Origin: an uncultured delta proteobacterium
GTDB lineage: Bacteria > Myxococcota > Myxococcia > Myxococcales > Myxococcaceae
Reading direction: 5' to 3'
DNA: 64,000 bases
Assembly: GCA_963796055.1 (NCBI GenBank)
Contig: CAWCKH010000004.1
Coordinates: 3,136,001 to 3,200,000 of the forward strand
Both the position numbers and the translations under genes were made by a program. Each line of letters opens with the position of its first letter. The stretch's first letter is position 1. The notes below the pieces were generated by a model. That model ran no database searches, had not been told where the DNA came from, and saw only the letters and a program-made list of their open reading frames with translations. This document shows, piece by piece, positions 21,141-30,787 of this stretch.

Positions 21141-22526
21141 GTGTTCAACCGGCTGCAGCGGTTCTGGACATCGATCAAGGTCGCCATCGACGTCGCGATG
21201 CTCACCCTCGCGTTCGCCCTGGCATACGCGACGCGCTTCGACGCCTTCACCGCGACGAGGCCGCCGCTGCGCGAGACGCTGGTGACCCTGGCGCTGGTCC
21301 TGGTGCTGTTCCCGGTGGCCTACCGCCAGTCCCGCCTCTACGCCACCAACCGGGTGCGGACGCACCTGGAGGAGGTCTTCGAGCTCTTCAAGGCCACCAT
21401 CACCGGGAGCCTGGTCCTGGTCGCCCTCACCTACTTCGGTCGCGAGCGGTACTCGCGGCTCACCCTGTTCTTCTTCGCCGGCTACTCTTTCGTCCTGGTG
21501 GCGGCGACGCGGGTCGCCTTCCGGATGTGGCTCGAGTCGCTGCGCCGGAAGGGCCTGAACCTCAAGTCCATCCTTCTGGTGGGGGCGGGGGAGCTGGGGG
21601 AGCGGGTGGTGGAGACCATCGAGCACCACCGAGAGCTCGGCTTCCGGGTGACGGGGGTGCTCTCCCGGGACCTCCTGCTCCCCGGGACCACGGTGCGGGG
21701 CGCGCCGGTGATCGGCACCACGGACGAGCTGGAGCGGGTGCTCGGCCAGCAGAGCGTGGATCAGGTCATCCTCGCCCTGCCGTCGGAGGACATGTCGCTG
21801 ATGAAGTCGCTGATGGAACGGCTGGCGCTGCACACGGTGGACGTGAAGATCGTCCCCGACCTCTTCCAGTACGTGACGCTCTATGGCGGGCTGGAGGAGT
21901 TCGGCGGGCTGCCCATCGTCAGCCTGCAGGGCGGGCCGCTCGAGGGCTGGAACCTGGTGGCCAAGCGCGCCTTCGACGTCCTGTTCTCGGCGGTGGCGCT
22001 GCTGCTGGTCTCACCGGTGATGCTCGGGGTCGTCCTGGCGGTGAAGCTGACCAGCCGCGGGCCGATGCTCTACCGGCAAGAGCGGATGGGCATGGACGGA
22101 GCGGTGTTCTCCATCCTCAAGTTCCGCACCATGCGGACGGACTCCGAGCCGGCGGGGCCGCGGATGGCCACCGCCGGGGACGACCGGCGCACCCCGGTGG
22201 GGGCCTTTCTCCGCCGGACCTCGCTCGACGAGCTGCCGCAGCTGTTCAACGTGCTGCGCGGGGACATGAGCCTGGTCGGTCCACGCCCCGAGCGGCCGGT
22301 CTTCATCGAGGAGTTCAAGCGGCAGATCCCCAAGTACCACCTGCGCCACAAGGTGAAGGCCGGCATCACCGGCTGGGCGCAGATCAACGGGCTCCGGGGG
22401 CAGACGTCGATCCAGAAGCGGATCGAGTACGACCTCTACTACATCGAGAACTGGTCGCTGCTGCTGGACCTGAAGATTCTGGTCCGCACGGCGCTGGGCG
22501 GGTTCCTGTCGCGCAACGCGTACTGA
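21141..22526 (+). CDS. wbaP: Undecaprenyl-phosphate hexose phosphotransferase (WbaP/WcaJ family)
   Basis: KRAFD, KFRTM, SLDELPQLFNVLRGDMSLVGPRPE, GITGWAQING; four N-terminal TMs plus a CoA-binding-like domain. Confidence 0.9.
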   Translation: MFNRLQRFWTSIKVAIDVAMLTLAFALAYATRFDAFTATRPPLRETLVTLALVLVLFPVAYRQSRLYATNRVRTHLEEVFELFKATITGSLVLVALTYFGRERYSRLTLFFFAGYSFVLVAATRVAFRMWLESLRRKGLNLKSILLVGAGELGERVVETIEHHRELGFRVTGVLSRDLLLPGTTVRGAPVIGTTDELERVLGQQSVDQVILALPSEDMSLMKSLMERLALHTVDVKIVPDLFQYVTLYGGLEEFGGLPIVSLQGGPLEGWNLVAKRAFDVLFSAVALLLVSPVMLGVVLAVKLTSRGPMLYRQERMGMDGAVFSILKFRTMRTDSEPAGPRMATAGDDRRTPVGAFLRRTSLDELPQLFNVLRGDMSLVGPRPERPVFIEEFKRQIPKYHLRHKVKAGITGWAQINGLRGQTSIQKRIEYDLYYIENWSLLLDLKILVRTALGGFLSRNAY

Positions 22527-22682
22527 GCGGCGAGAGGGGCGCTACCGGGGGACGGGCGAGCGTCCCTCGGTCGAGGGCCGAGCGCGGTCCGCTTGAGGTA
22601 CGCTCGGCCGCCTTCGGGTCAGGGGGCCCAGGGCGTGAGGTCGTTCGGCGACACAGCCAAGTCGGGCCCCGGAGCAGGGGCG

Positions 22683-24299
22683 GTGAAGGTCGGGGCGCTC
22701 GCCCACACCTCCGAGCTGCTGGTCCTCGGGGTGGTCTACGTCATCTCGGCGCGGCTGGGGCTGTCGCTGGGCCCGGTGAGCGGGTTCGCCGCGCTGGTCT
22801 GGCCACCGACCGGGATCGCCCTGGCCGCCTTGCTCCTCCGGGGCGTCCGCGTCTGGCCGGCGGTGACGCTCGGAGCCGTCGTGGCCAACGTCTTGACCGG
22901 AGCCAGCTTCTGGGTGGCATTGGGGATCGGGATCGGGAACACGCTGGAGGCGGTTCTGGCGGTATCCCTCCTCAAGCGCTTCACGGGCTTTCGTCTTGGC
23001 CTGGACCGCCTGGGCGACGTCGTCGCGCTGGTCACCCTCGCTGCCGGCCTGAGCACCATCGTCAGCGCGTCGCTCGGGGTGCTGGCGCTCCGGGCGGGGG
23101 GCATCGTCCAGCCCGGCCATGTCGGCGACACCTGGCGAGCGTGGTGGGTGGGAGACGCTCTGGGCGATCTGGTCGTGGCTCCGGTCCTGCTGACCTGGAG
23201 CGCCCTGGGTGGGATGACCCTCTCACCTCGACGGCTCCTCGAGGCGGTGGCGCTGGCGGTGGCTTCGGTGGGGCTGAGCTGCTTCCTGTTCCTGGTCGGT
23301 CCACCTCTGGATCCGGCTCCTTTCCGACAGGTCTACATGCTGTTCCCGGTCCTGATCTGGGCGGCGATCCGCTTTGGACCGAGGGGCGGAACGGCGACCA
23401 TTCTGATCATCTCCGTCTTCGCGATCTGGGGGACGCTCGTCGGCCACGGTCCATTCGTCGGCCAGACGCTGGGCTCGAGCCTCCTGAAGCTCCAGCTCTT
23501 CATGGCAGTGGCAGCCCTCACCACCCTCGTGCTGGCGGCAACCAGCGCGGAGCGTCTGGAAGCCCTGAAGGCGGAGAAGGAGATCCTGGCCATCGTTTCC
23601 CATGACATGAAGAACCCGCTGGGAGCCCTGCGAATCACCGCCCGGAATCTCCTGAAGCGGCCCTCCTCCGAGCTCGGTCCCGCTGCGCGCAAGCAAGGCG
23701 AGTTCATCGCCAGGTGTGCCCAGCGGATGGAATCGCTGATCACCAATCTCCTGGATGCGGCGACGATTCGCACCGGCCACCTGTCGCTGGTCCGCGAGCC
23801 ACAGGATCTGAGCGCGCTGATCAACGACGCCGCAGAGACTCTCCGGCCACTGCTGGAGGAGAAGTCACAGACCCTCAGGCTCGAGGTGCCGCCGGTCATC
23901 CAGGTGAATGCAGACCGGGAGCGCCTGCTTCAGGTCCTTTCCAATCTCCTGGGCAACGCCAGCAAGTTCGCTCCGCCCGAGGGGCACATCACCGCCAGGG
24001 CGACGGTGATCGACGGGTGGGCGCATTGCTTCATCTCGGATGATGGCCCCGGCATCGAGCCGGAGGAGCTCGATCAGGTCTTCGAGCCGTACTGGAGTGG
24101 AGCCACGGGGAAGGGCACGGGGCTGGGCCTCTCGATCGTCAAGGGCATCGTCGAGGCGCATGGCGGAAGGACGTCGATCGAGAGCAAGCCCGGGTCGGGC
24201 ACGACCATCGCCTTCGTCCTCCCCCTTACCTCGGGGGCGCCCTCCTCTCCCGCAGTGCTGATGCCGAGAGTCCTGTCGCGGCGCCCGAAGGAGGGATGA
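22683..24299 (+). CDS. MASE1-domain sensor histidine kinase
   Basis: VWPPTG and WWVGDALG (MASE1); H-box SHDMKNPL; N-box NLLGNASKF; DDGPG; GTGLGL. Start could be further upstream (22593/22635). Confidence 0.9.
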   Translation: MKVGALAHTSELLVLGVVYVISARLGLSLGPVSGFAALVWPPTGIALAALLLRGVRVWPAVTLGAVVANVLTGASFWVALGIGIGNTLEAVLAVSLLKRFTGFRLGLDRLGDVVALVTLAAGLSTIVSASLGVLALRAGGIVQPGHVGDTWRAWWVGDALGDLVVAPVLLTWSALGGMTLSPRRLLEAVALAVASVGLSCFLFLVGPPLDPAPFRQVYMLFPVLIWAAIRFGPRGGTATILIISVFAIWGTLVGHGPFVGQTLGSSLLKLQLFMAVAALTTLVLAATSAERLEALKAEKEILAIVSHDMKNPLGALRITARNLLKRPSSELGPAARKQGEFIARCAQRMESLITNLLDAATIRTGHLSLVREPQDLSALINDAAETLRPLLEEKSQTLRLEVPPVIQVNADRERLLQVLSNLLGNASKFAPPEGHITARATVIDGWAHCFISDDGPGIEPEELDQVFEPYWSGATGKGTGLGLSIVKGIVEAHGGRTSIESKPGSGTTIAFVLPLTSGAPSSPAVLMPRVLSRRPKEG

Positions 24300-24304
24300 G
24301 ACCC

Positions 24305-25540
24305 TCAGGGGCTCGGCGGTGAGGCCCGGCGCTCGTCGCGGCTCGTGCGCAGCGCCGCGGGGGTGGACCGCAGCTCGGCCAGCGTCTGCCCCAGCCGGGC
24401 CATGCCGAGCTCGATGTTGGCGACGCTCTGGTTGGAGAAGTTGAGTCGCAGGAAGCCGTGCTCGGGCGGGCCGACGAAGAAGCCGCTTCCGGGGACCACG
24501 GCCACCGCGTGCTCGATCGCCGCGAGGAACACCTCGTCGTCGCGCAGGCCTGATGGCAGCTCGAGCCAGAGAAAGAGGCCGCCGTCCGGTCTCGACCACC
24601 GCGTGCCGGCCGGCATGCTGCGCTCCAGGGCGCGGAGCATCGCGTCGCAGCGCCGGCGGTACTCGGCGCGGATGGCCTCGAGATGTGCCTGGTAGTCGAA
24701 GGTCTCCAGCAGCTCGACCACCGCGTGCTGGGTCAGGGTGGCGGTGTGCAGATCGCAGGCCTGCTTGGCAATGGTCAGGGTGCGAATGAGCGCCTTGGGT
24801 CCGTGGATCCAGCCGAGCCGCAGCCCGGGGGCGAGGGTCTTGGAGAAGGTGCCGAGGTAGAAGGTGAGCCCGTCGGCGAGCGCGGCGATGGGCGTGGAGG
24901 ACGTTCCGCGGAACCGCAGGGCGCCATAGGGGTCGTCCTCGAGTACCGGGACGCCGTGGCGGGTGGCCACCCGGGTGAGCTCGCGCCGGCGGCTCTCGGC
25001 GAGCGTGGTGCCCCTGGGGTTCTGGAACTCGGGCACCAGGTAAATGAGCGCGGGCCGGTGCGCGCGCACGGCCTCCTCCAGCAGCTCGGTGCGAAGGCCG
25101 TCGTCGTCCCCCGGGAGCGCCACGACCTTGGCCTCGCAGGCGGCGAACGCCTGAAGGGCGGCGAGGTAGGTAGGGTTCTCGACCAGCACCGTGGCGCCGG
25201 GGTCGAGGAGCACGCGGGACACGAGGTCGATGCCCTGCTGGCTGCCGCTCACCACCATCACGCTCTCGGCCGTCGCCGGGATGCCCTGGCCGCGGAGCCG
25301 CGCCGCCAGCCACTCCCGCAGCGGGAGGAATCCCTCGGTGATGCCGTACTGCAGCGCAGCGCCGGGGTTCTTCCGCAGCGCCGCCTGGTAGGCCTGGCTC
25401 AGCGCCTCGGCGGGAAAGAGCTCCGGCGCCGGCAGGCCTCCAGCGAAGGACAGCACGTCGGGCCGCTCGGCCACCTTGAGGATCTCCCGGACCGCCGAGG
25501 GCACCACACCCCGCATTCGCCTCGCAGTCTCGATGCTCAT
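24305..25540 (-). CDS. PLP-dependent aminotransferase, class I/II (LysN/2-aminoadipate transaminase-like)
   Basis: SFAGGLP, ALQYG, FQNPRG, EDDPY, GTFSKTLAPGLRLGW, RLNFS. Confidence 0.9.
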   Translation of the reverse strand: MSIETARRMRGVVPSAVREILKVAERPDVLSFAGGLPAPELFPAEALSQAYQAALRKNPGAALQYGITEGFLPLREWLAARLRGQGIPATAESVMVVSGSQQGIDLVSRVLLDPGATVLVENPTYLAALQAFAACEAKVVALPGDDDGLRTELLEEAVRAHRPALIYLVPEFQNPRGTTLAESRRRELTRVATRHGVPVLEDDPYGALRFRGTSSTPIAALADGLTFYLGTFSKTLAPGLRLGWIHGPKALIRTLTIAKQACDLHTATLTQHAVVELLETFDYQAHLEAIRAEYRRRCDAMLRALERSMPAGTRWSRPDGGLFLWLELPSGLRDDEVFLAAIEHAVAVVPGSGFFVGPPEHGFLRLNFSNQSVANIELGMARLGQTLAELRSTPAALRTSRDERRASPPSP

Positions 25541-26001
25541 GGCGCCGACTCCTTCCTCGGCGCGACGTGGGTCTCTTCCTTCACCGAGCAGAGGACGATG
25601 GTGGTGTAGGTCCGGGTGACTCCGGGCAACGTGCGCAGCTCCTCCGTCAGCAGACGGTCGAGCGTTCCGGTGTTCTCGGTGCGCACCTTGAGGAGGTAGC
25701 TGTCCTGGCCAGCCACCCGATGGCACTCGAGGACCTCTTCCAGCCCCATCACCTTCTTGGCGAAGCCGTCGAAGTACCTGGGGTGCTCGATGCCCACCCC
25801 GATGAAGGCGGTGATGTCCTTGCCGAGCTTCCGGGGGTCCACCTTGGCCGTGTAGCCGGTGATGATCCGCTGCTCCTCGAGCTTGCGGATGCGGTCAGCC
25901 ACCGAGGGCTGCGAGAGCCCCACCTTCTTGGCGATCTGCGCCTGGGTGAGCCGCGCATCCGCCTGGAGCAGGTCCACGATGCCGGCGTCCACGTCGTCCA
26001 T
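25537..26001 (-). CDS. Lrp/AsnC family transcriptional regulator
   Basis: IAKKVGLSQPSVADRIRKLE HTH; ECHRVAGQDSYLLKV; overlaps the aminotransferase start by 4 nt. Confidence 0.93.
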   Translation of the reverse strand: MDDVDAGIVDLLQADARLTQAQIAKKVGLSQPSVADRIRKLEEQRIITGYTAKVDPRKLGKDITAFIGVGIEHPRYFDGFAKKVMGLEEVLECHRVAGQDSYLLKVRTENTGTLDRLLTEELRTLPGVTRTYTTIVLCSVKEETHVAPRKESAP

Positions 26002-26080
26002 GGAAACCGCATATTGCGCCGGCAGCTCGGATATTCAATAGGAGAAATAGGAGTCAGCCTATACATTATCGGTAAGTGAG

Positions 26081-26578
26081 CTACTGGACGGCGGCGGCCG
26101 TCACGGTCGGCGACTGCCTCCGGGGCGCCCGGAGAGCCAGGATCGACGTGCCCGCGACGTGCAGCGCAGCGCCGAGGAGCACCACGTCCTTGAGGATGAA
26201 CCCTGCGCCGTCGTTGTCGGGGGCGAGGAGCCCGGGCGTGCTGGCGAGGAAGGACAAGGTGGTCAGGAAGGTCCCGGTGGCGACGAGTCCCCCGATGGCC
26301 CCCAGCCGTGGCCACCAGGGCGCCAGCAGCAGCCCGAGCGCCGCGGCCAGCTCCACCACGCCGATGAGCGCCGAGGCGGCCCGGATGCTGAACAACGCGT
26401 ACAGCCAGCCCACCAGCGGCGAGTGACTCACCAGTGGCTGGATGGCGTCGGCCTCGAACTGGAAGAACTTGAAGGTGCCGAAGAGGGCGAGGAGGAAGGC
26501 CAGGCCGATGCGGAGCATGGCGTCTCCGAGGGTCTGGATCCGTTGTCCGCGTCGCGGGTCGAGCAGGTGGGGGGTCAT
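26081..26578 (-). CDS. DUF417 / RclC(YkgB)-like inner-membrane protein
   Basis: FGTFKFFQFEADAIQPLVSHSP, IGVVE, TLSFLASTPG, FILKDVVLLG. Confidence 0.82.
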   Translation of the reverse strand: MTPHLLDPRRGQRIQTLGDAMLRIGLAFLLALFGTFKFFQFEADAIQPLVSHSPLVGWLYALFSIRAASALIGVVELAAALGLLLAPWWPRLGAIGGLVATGTFLTTLSFLASTPGLLAPDNDGAGFILKDVVLLGAALHVAGTSILALRAPRRQSPTVTAAAVQ

Positions 26579-26750
26579 CCGAGCGGCCTCCTGCCGGTGA
26601 GTACGCCCACCCCCGCGGAGGGGTTACTCCGGCAGGTGCCGTCACCCTGAATGACAAGCAAACGGGCTCTCGAAGGGGCCGCGTCACCTCCACCCACTCC
26701 CGGTCATCACTTCGGGCGGCTTCATCCCACGGGGCCGAACTGGAGCGGAC

Positions 26751-28148
26751 ATGCGTGCCGGGTGGACGAGGGTGGTGGTTCTCGGAGGATTCCTGATCGC
26801 GGCCTTCTGGTGGATGGGATGCAGCGGTCGAGCAAGCGTGGACCCTGCCACCCTGGCCTCTGCCCGGAGCGAGGAGCAAGAGCACGACGCGTCGGGAGCG
26901 AACGACAAGGATGGGAACGGCCGGCTCGATGGCCTGTTCCGGGATGCGATCGGGACCCTCCGGGAAGGGCGGCGCACGTTCCGCTTCGACACCTTCGGCG
27001 ACGAGGACTTCTGGGGCGGGCAGCTCCGGATTCACGAAGCGATCGAGGGTGCCCGCCTGGGCGGGGTCGGCGCGGGCGTGGGCCCGAAGGCAGCGCTCGC
27101 GGTCGGCCTGAAGGTGGACGTCGACGCGCTGCCACGCGCAACCATTCGCGCGTTGAAGGCGGGAACGGTGGACCTCGACGATCCCGCGGTGACCGTGGCG
27201 CTCCTCACCAGCAACGCCGTCCTGGGCGTCACCGGATTTCCGGATGGAAAGGGCGGGCTCCGGTCCATCGGCATCCAGTGCGCGCTGTGTCATTCGACGG
27301 TCGACGACTCGCTCGCCCCTGGCATCGGCCACCGGCTGGACGGCTGGCCCAACCAGGATCTGAACGTCGGCGCCATCGTCAACCTCTCGCCGGATCTCAG
27401 CTCCGTGGCCGCGCTCCTCGGCGTGCCCGAGGACACCGTGCGCCAGGTGCTCCTGGGTTGGGGACCAGGCAAGTTCGACGCCGAGGTCTTCCTGGATGGG
27501 AAGGGATTCCGTCCCGACGGACGATCCGCAGCCACCCTCATTCCCCCGGCGTTCGGTCTCGCCGGAGTGAACCTCCACACCTGGACCGGGTGGGGTTCGG
27601 TGACGCACTGGAACGCGTTCGTCGCCAATCTCGAGATGCACGGGAAGGGGACCTTCTTCGACCCCCGGATCGACGACCCGACCCGGTTCCCCGTCGGGGC
27701 GAAGAACGGTTTCGGGCACGTCCGGAACGATCCGGATCTCATCACCCCCAAGCTCGGTGCCTTGCACCTCTACCAGCTGGCCATCGAGGCTCCCCCTCCT
27801 CCTGCATCCAGCTTCGATGCATCCGCGGCGGTGCGCGGGAAGACGCTGTTCACCGGACGTGCACGGTGCTCGGAGTGCCACGTTCCGCCGCTGTTCACCG
27901 AGCCGGGGTGGAACCTCCACACCCCGGAGGAGATGGGCATCGACGACTTCCAGGCGAACCGCGCACCCGACGCGCGCTACCGGACGACGCCGCTCAAGGG
28001 GCTGTGGACCCACATGCGGCGCGGGTTCTACCACGACGGTCGGTTCGCGACGCTCCGTGACGTGCTGGCGCACTACGACGCGCGTTTCTCGCTCGGGCTG
28101 TCTTCCGCCGAGAGGAGCGACCTCGCCGAGTACCTCAAGTCGCTCTGA
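26751..28148 (+). CDS. Exported di-heme cytochrome c (C-terminus of the CcP/MauG superfamily type)
   Basis: Signal/lipobox AFWWMGC; CALCH and CSECH heme motifs; YRTTPLKGLW...FYHDG...TLRDVLAHY. Confidence 0.78.
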   Translation: MRAGWTRVVVLGGFLIAAFWWMGCSGRASVDPATLASARSEEQEHDASGANDKDGNGRLDGLFRDAIGTLREGRRTFRFDTFGDEDFWGGQLRIHEAIEGARLGGVGAGVGPKAALAVGLKVDVDALPRATIRALKAGTVDLDDPAVTVALLTSNAVLGVTGFPDGKGGLRSIGIQCALCHSTVDDSLAPGIGHRLDGWPNQDLNVGAIVNLSPDLSSVAALLGVPEDTVRQVLLGWGPGKFDAEVFLDGKGFRPDGRSAATLIPPAFGLAGVNLHTWTGWGSVTHWNAFVANLEMHGKGTFFDPRIDDPTRFPVGAKNGFGHVRNDPDLITPKLGALHLYQLAIEAPPPPASSFDASAAVRGKTLFTGRARCSECHVPPLFTEPGWNLHTPEEMGIDDFQANRAPDARYRTTPLKGLWTHMRRGFYHDGRFATLRDVLAHYDARFSLGLSSAERSDLAEYLKSL

Positions 28149-28209
28149 CGGCGCGCCAGGTCGACCCGCATCCGATCACCATCGCCCGCGCCCTGCTCCG
28201 GCCCCAGCG

Positions 28210-29064
28210 CTAGGTCGGGATCGCTCTCAGCGCGAGGGTGTCGAAGTGCGCGTCCGGGTCCTCCATCCATTCGCGCAGCACCTTGGCGATCCGGGCGGCA
28301 TGGACCCCGTCGATGACGCGGTGATCGATGGTCGCGTTCACGCTCATCGCCATCCGGACGGCAGGCACACCGTTCTCCACCAGCACGTGCTCCCTGGCCT
28401 CGCCGAGGGCGAAGAGCATGGGCACGCGCGAGAACGGGACCAGCGGCGCATAGGCCGTGTCGAGGCCCAGGCTCCCGACATTGGTGATCATCAGGCTCCC
28501 GAAGGGATCCGAGGCGATCCCCAGAGCGCGTAGATCCAGGTTCAAGGTGAAGCTGAGGAACGAGAGCACCTTGAGAAACGCGTTCAGGAGGAGGAACGGG
28601 ATCCGCTGGAACGTTCCGCGCGTCTTCTCCAGCGCAGGATCTTTCCGTTCGCGGACCAGCCTCACCTTGGTCTCGAACTCGTCGACGATCTCCAGCAGCG
28701 ACTTCTGCTCGACGTCGTACAGCGTCGCGCCGGAGAGATCCGCCTTGCCCTCGCCTTCATCCGTCATCAGCACCTGGAAGAACACGCCGATGCGTTGCCG
28801 CAGGTAGATGCGGTTCCAGCGGAGGATGGCGTTCGCCTCGGGGCAGGCCTGGAGCGCCATCGCCGAGGCCTTGGCCATCAGATGGCTGACGGTGAGCCGA
28901 CGACCGGTGCACGCCCGAAACCGGGCGATGTAATCGAGCGCCCGGTCCATGCGGAGGAGGAGCGTGCCGTAGATGGAGGGGTCGTACGCCGTCTCCCACG
29001 TGCCGAGCGCGATCTTCCGGAAGGACGAGAGTTCCTTCAGCCTGACCAGGGAAAGGTTCGGCAT
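28210..29064 (-). CDS. Stand-alone 2-oxoacid dehydrogenase E2-type acyltransferase catalytic domain
   Basis: FRKIA, ITNVGSLG and the catalytic DHRVIDG; no lipoyl or E3-binding domain. Confidence 0.82.
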   Translation of the reverse strand: MPNLSLVRLKELSSFRKIALGTWETAYDPSIYGTLLLRMDRALDYIARFRACTGRRLTVSHLMAKASAMALQACPEANAILRWNRIYLRQRIGVFFQVLMTDEGEGKADLSGATLYDVEQKSLLEIVDEFETKVRLVRERKDPALEKTRGTFQRIPFLLLNAFLKVLSFLSFTLNLDLRALGIASDPFGSLMITNVGSLGLDTAYAPLVPFSRVPMLFALGEAREHVLVENGVPAVRMAMSVNATIDHRVIDGVHAARIAKVLREWMEDPDAHFDTLALRAIPT

Positions 29065-29197
29065 GAGCTCGACCGTACACCCGGTCCGCACGCAGGCCGC
29101 CGCCTCGCGGGGCTGCCGGCGGGTGTACGCCCTCGGTCCAACTGGCGCCGCTCCCGCGGCGGTGCCCACGCGGGAACGGCCGTTCTCTCCGGTGTGA

Positions 29198-29953
29198 TCA
29201 GCGCGCCGTGAAGCCTCCGTCCACCGTCAGGACCTGCCCCACGACGAAGCGCGCCTCGGGTGAGGCCAGGTAGAGCACGGCCTCGGCGACGTCCTCCACC
29301 GCCCCGGGGGTGCCCGCCGGCACCGTCGCCTTGGTGACCTCCCGGAGGGCCTCCAGCGAGCCGAATGCCCGCGCCGCCATGTCGGTCTCGATGGGCCCGG
29401 GAGCCACCGCATTCACCCGGATTCCCTGGGGGATGAACTCCATCGCCGCCGCGCGGGTGAGCGCGCTCACCGCGCCCTTGCTCCCCGAATAGATGCTGAA
29501 GTTCGGAAAGCCGGCCTCGGCGGCCACCGAGCTGTTGTTGACGATGTTTCCCTTGGTCTTCGCCAGGTGGGGGAGGGCGTGCTTCATCGCCAGCCAGGCG
29601 CCGCGGACGTTGACCCCGAAGGTCTCGTCGAAGTCGGCGGCACTCAGCCCGGCGATGGGGCCGTTCTTGCCCTCGATGCCCGCGTTGTTGAACAGCACGT
29701 CCAGCCGTCCGTACTCCTTGACCGTTCCGTCGATGGCCGCCTGGACGTCGGCCTCCTTCGCCACGTCGGCGCGGATGAACTTCGCCGTCCCGCCGGCCTT
29801 CTGGATGCCCTGCACCACCGCCACGCCCTGGTCCTCTCGCCGGGCCGAGACCACCACCGTGGCCCCCTCGCGGGCGAATGCCTCCGCCGCCGCCCGGCCG
29901 ATGCCAGCGTTTCCGCCCAGCACCAGCACCACCTTGGAATTGAAGCGCTTCAT
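29198..29953 (-). CDS. Short-chain dehydrogenase/reductase
   Basis: GGNAGIG, NNAG, YSGSK, IRVNAVAPG. Confidence 0.95.
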   Translation of the reverse strand: MKRFNSKVVLVLGGNAGIGRAAAEAFAREGATVVVSARREDQGVAVVQGIQKAGGTAKFIRADVAKEADVQAAIDGTVKEYGRLDVLFNNAGIEGKNGPIAGLSAADFDETFGVNVRGAWLAMKHALPHLAKTKGNIVNNSSVAAEAGFPNFSIYSGSKGAVSALTRAAAMEFIPQGIRVNAVAPGPIETDMAARAFGSLEALREVTKATVPAGTPGAVEDVAEAVLYLASPEARFVVGQVLTVDGGFTAR

Positions 29954-30026
29954 GACCTGTGCTCCCTCGTCACCCCCCGGAGCGAAAGGCCCCGGGACCG
30001 GATGCGGCGTCTTGGATGCGGATATT

Positions 30027-30040
30027 GGAACGAGCGTTCC
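30027..30040. promoter_or_regulatory. Putative TetR operator
   Basis: Perfect inverted repeat GGAACG-AG-CGTTCC between the divergent SDR and tetR genes. Confidence 0.6.
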
Positions 30041-30099
30041 GAAACATCTGTGTGACGAGAGCTGCCGCCCGGATATCCGGGAGTTACAATCCGGGCGTC

Positions 30100-30726
30100 A
30101 TGGCCAGGCCGCGTGAATTCGACCTCGACGAGGTGCTCGACCGGGCGACGGAGCTCTTCTGGACCCGGGGCTACGAGGCGACCAGCGTTCAGGATCTCGT
30201 CGACGCGCTCGGCGTCAACCGCGCCAGCCTCTACGCCACCTTCGGAGACAAGGCCCAGCTCTTCGAGGCGGTGCTCCACCGCTACGGCGAGCGGGTCAAC
30301 GGCGCGCTGACGGAGGTGCTCGCCGCTCCGGCGACCGGAGCGGAGGGGGTCCGGGCCTGGTTCAAGGTGCTGATCGAGAAGGCGACCCAGCCGGGCGGCC
30401 CGCGAGGCTGCCTGATGCTGAACACGCTGACCGGCTGCACCACGGTGCCCGAGCCGCTGATGGAACGGGTGGTTGCCGGCGTGCGGGCGTCGACCGAGCG
30501 CCTCCACGAGGCGCTGGTGCGCGATCCCGAGCTGGCGGCCCGGGAGAATGTGCGGACCCTGGCGCGCTTCTTCGCCGCCGAGGGGCACGGGCTGGCGGTG
30601 CTGGCCCGCGCCGGCGTGCGCCGCGCCGAGCTGGAAGCGGCGGCGGAGGTGGCGCTGCGGGTGCTCGAGCCGACCCCTGCTCAGGGGAGGAGAGGACCTG
30701 CGGTGAAGCCCTCCGGGCACGGGTGA
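30100..30726 (+). CDS. TetR/AcrR family regulator (ComR/NemR-like)
   Basis: MARPREFD...FWTRGYEATS...GVNRASLYATFGDK; GCLMLN. Confidence 0.93.
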   Translation: MARPREFDLDEVLDRATELFWTRGYEATSVQDLVDALGVNRASLYATFGDKAQLFEAVLHRYGERVNGALTEVLAAPATGAEGVRAWFKVLIEKATQPGGPRGCLMLNTLTGCTTVPEPLMERVVAGVRASTERLHEALVRDPELAARENVRTLARFFAAEGHGLAVLARAGVRRAELEAAAEVALRVLEPTPAQGRRGPAVKPSGHG

Positions 30727-30787
30727 TCGGACGCCCCGGCGCCTGACGAGAGAAGCAGCGAAACCGTCACTTGCGCGCCGGTGCGCG

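Noticed and set aside
26650..26720. c-di-GMP-I riboswitch-like GCAAAC...GAAG hairpin
   Set aside because: It lacks the following GACGCAAAG and the second-stem tetraloop receptor.
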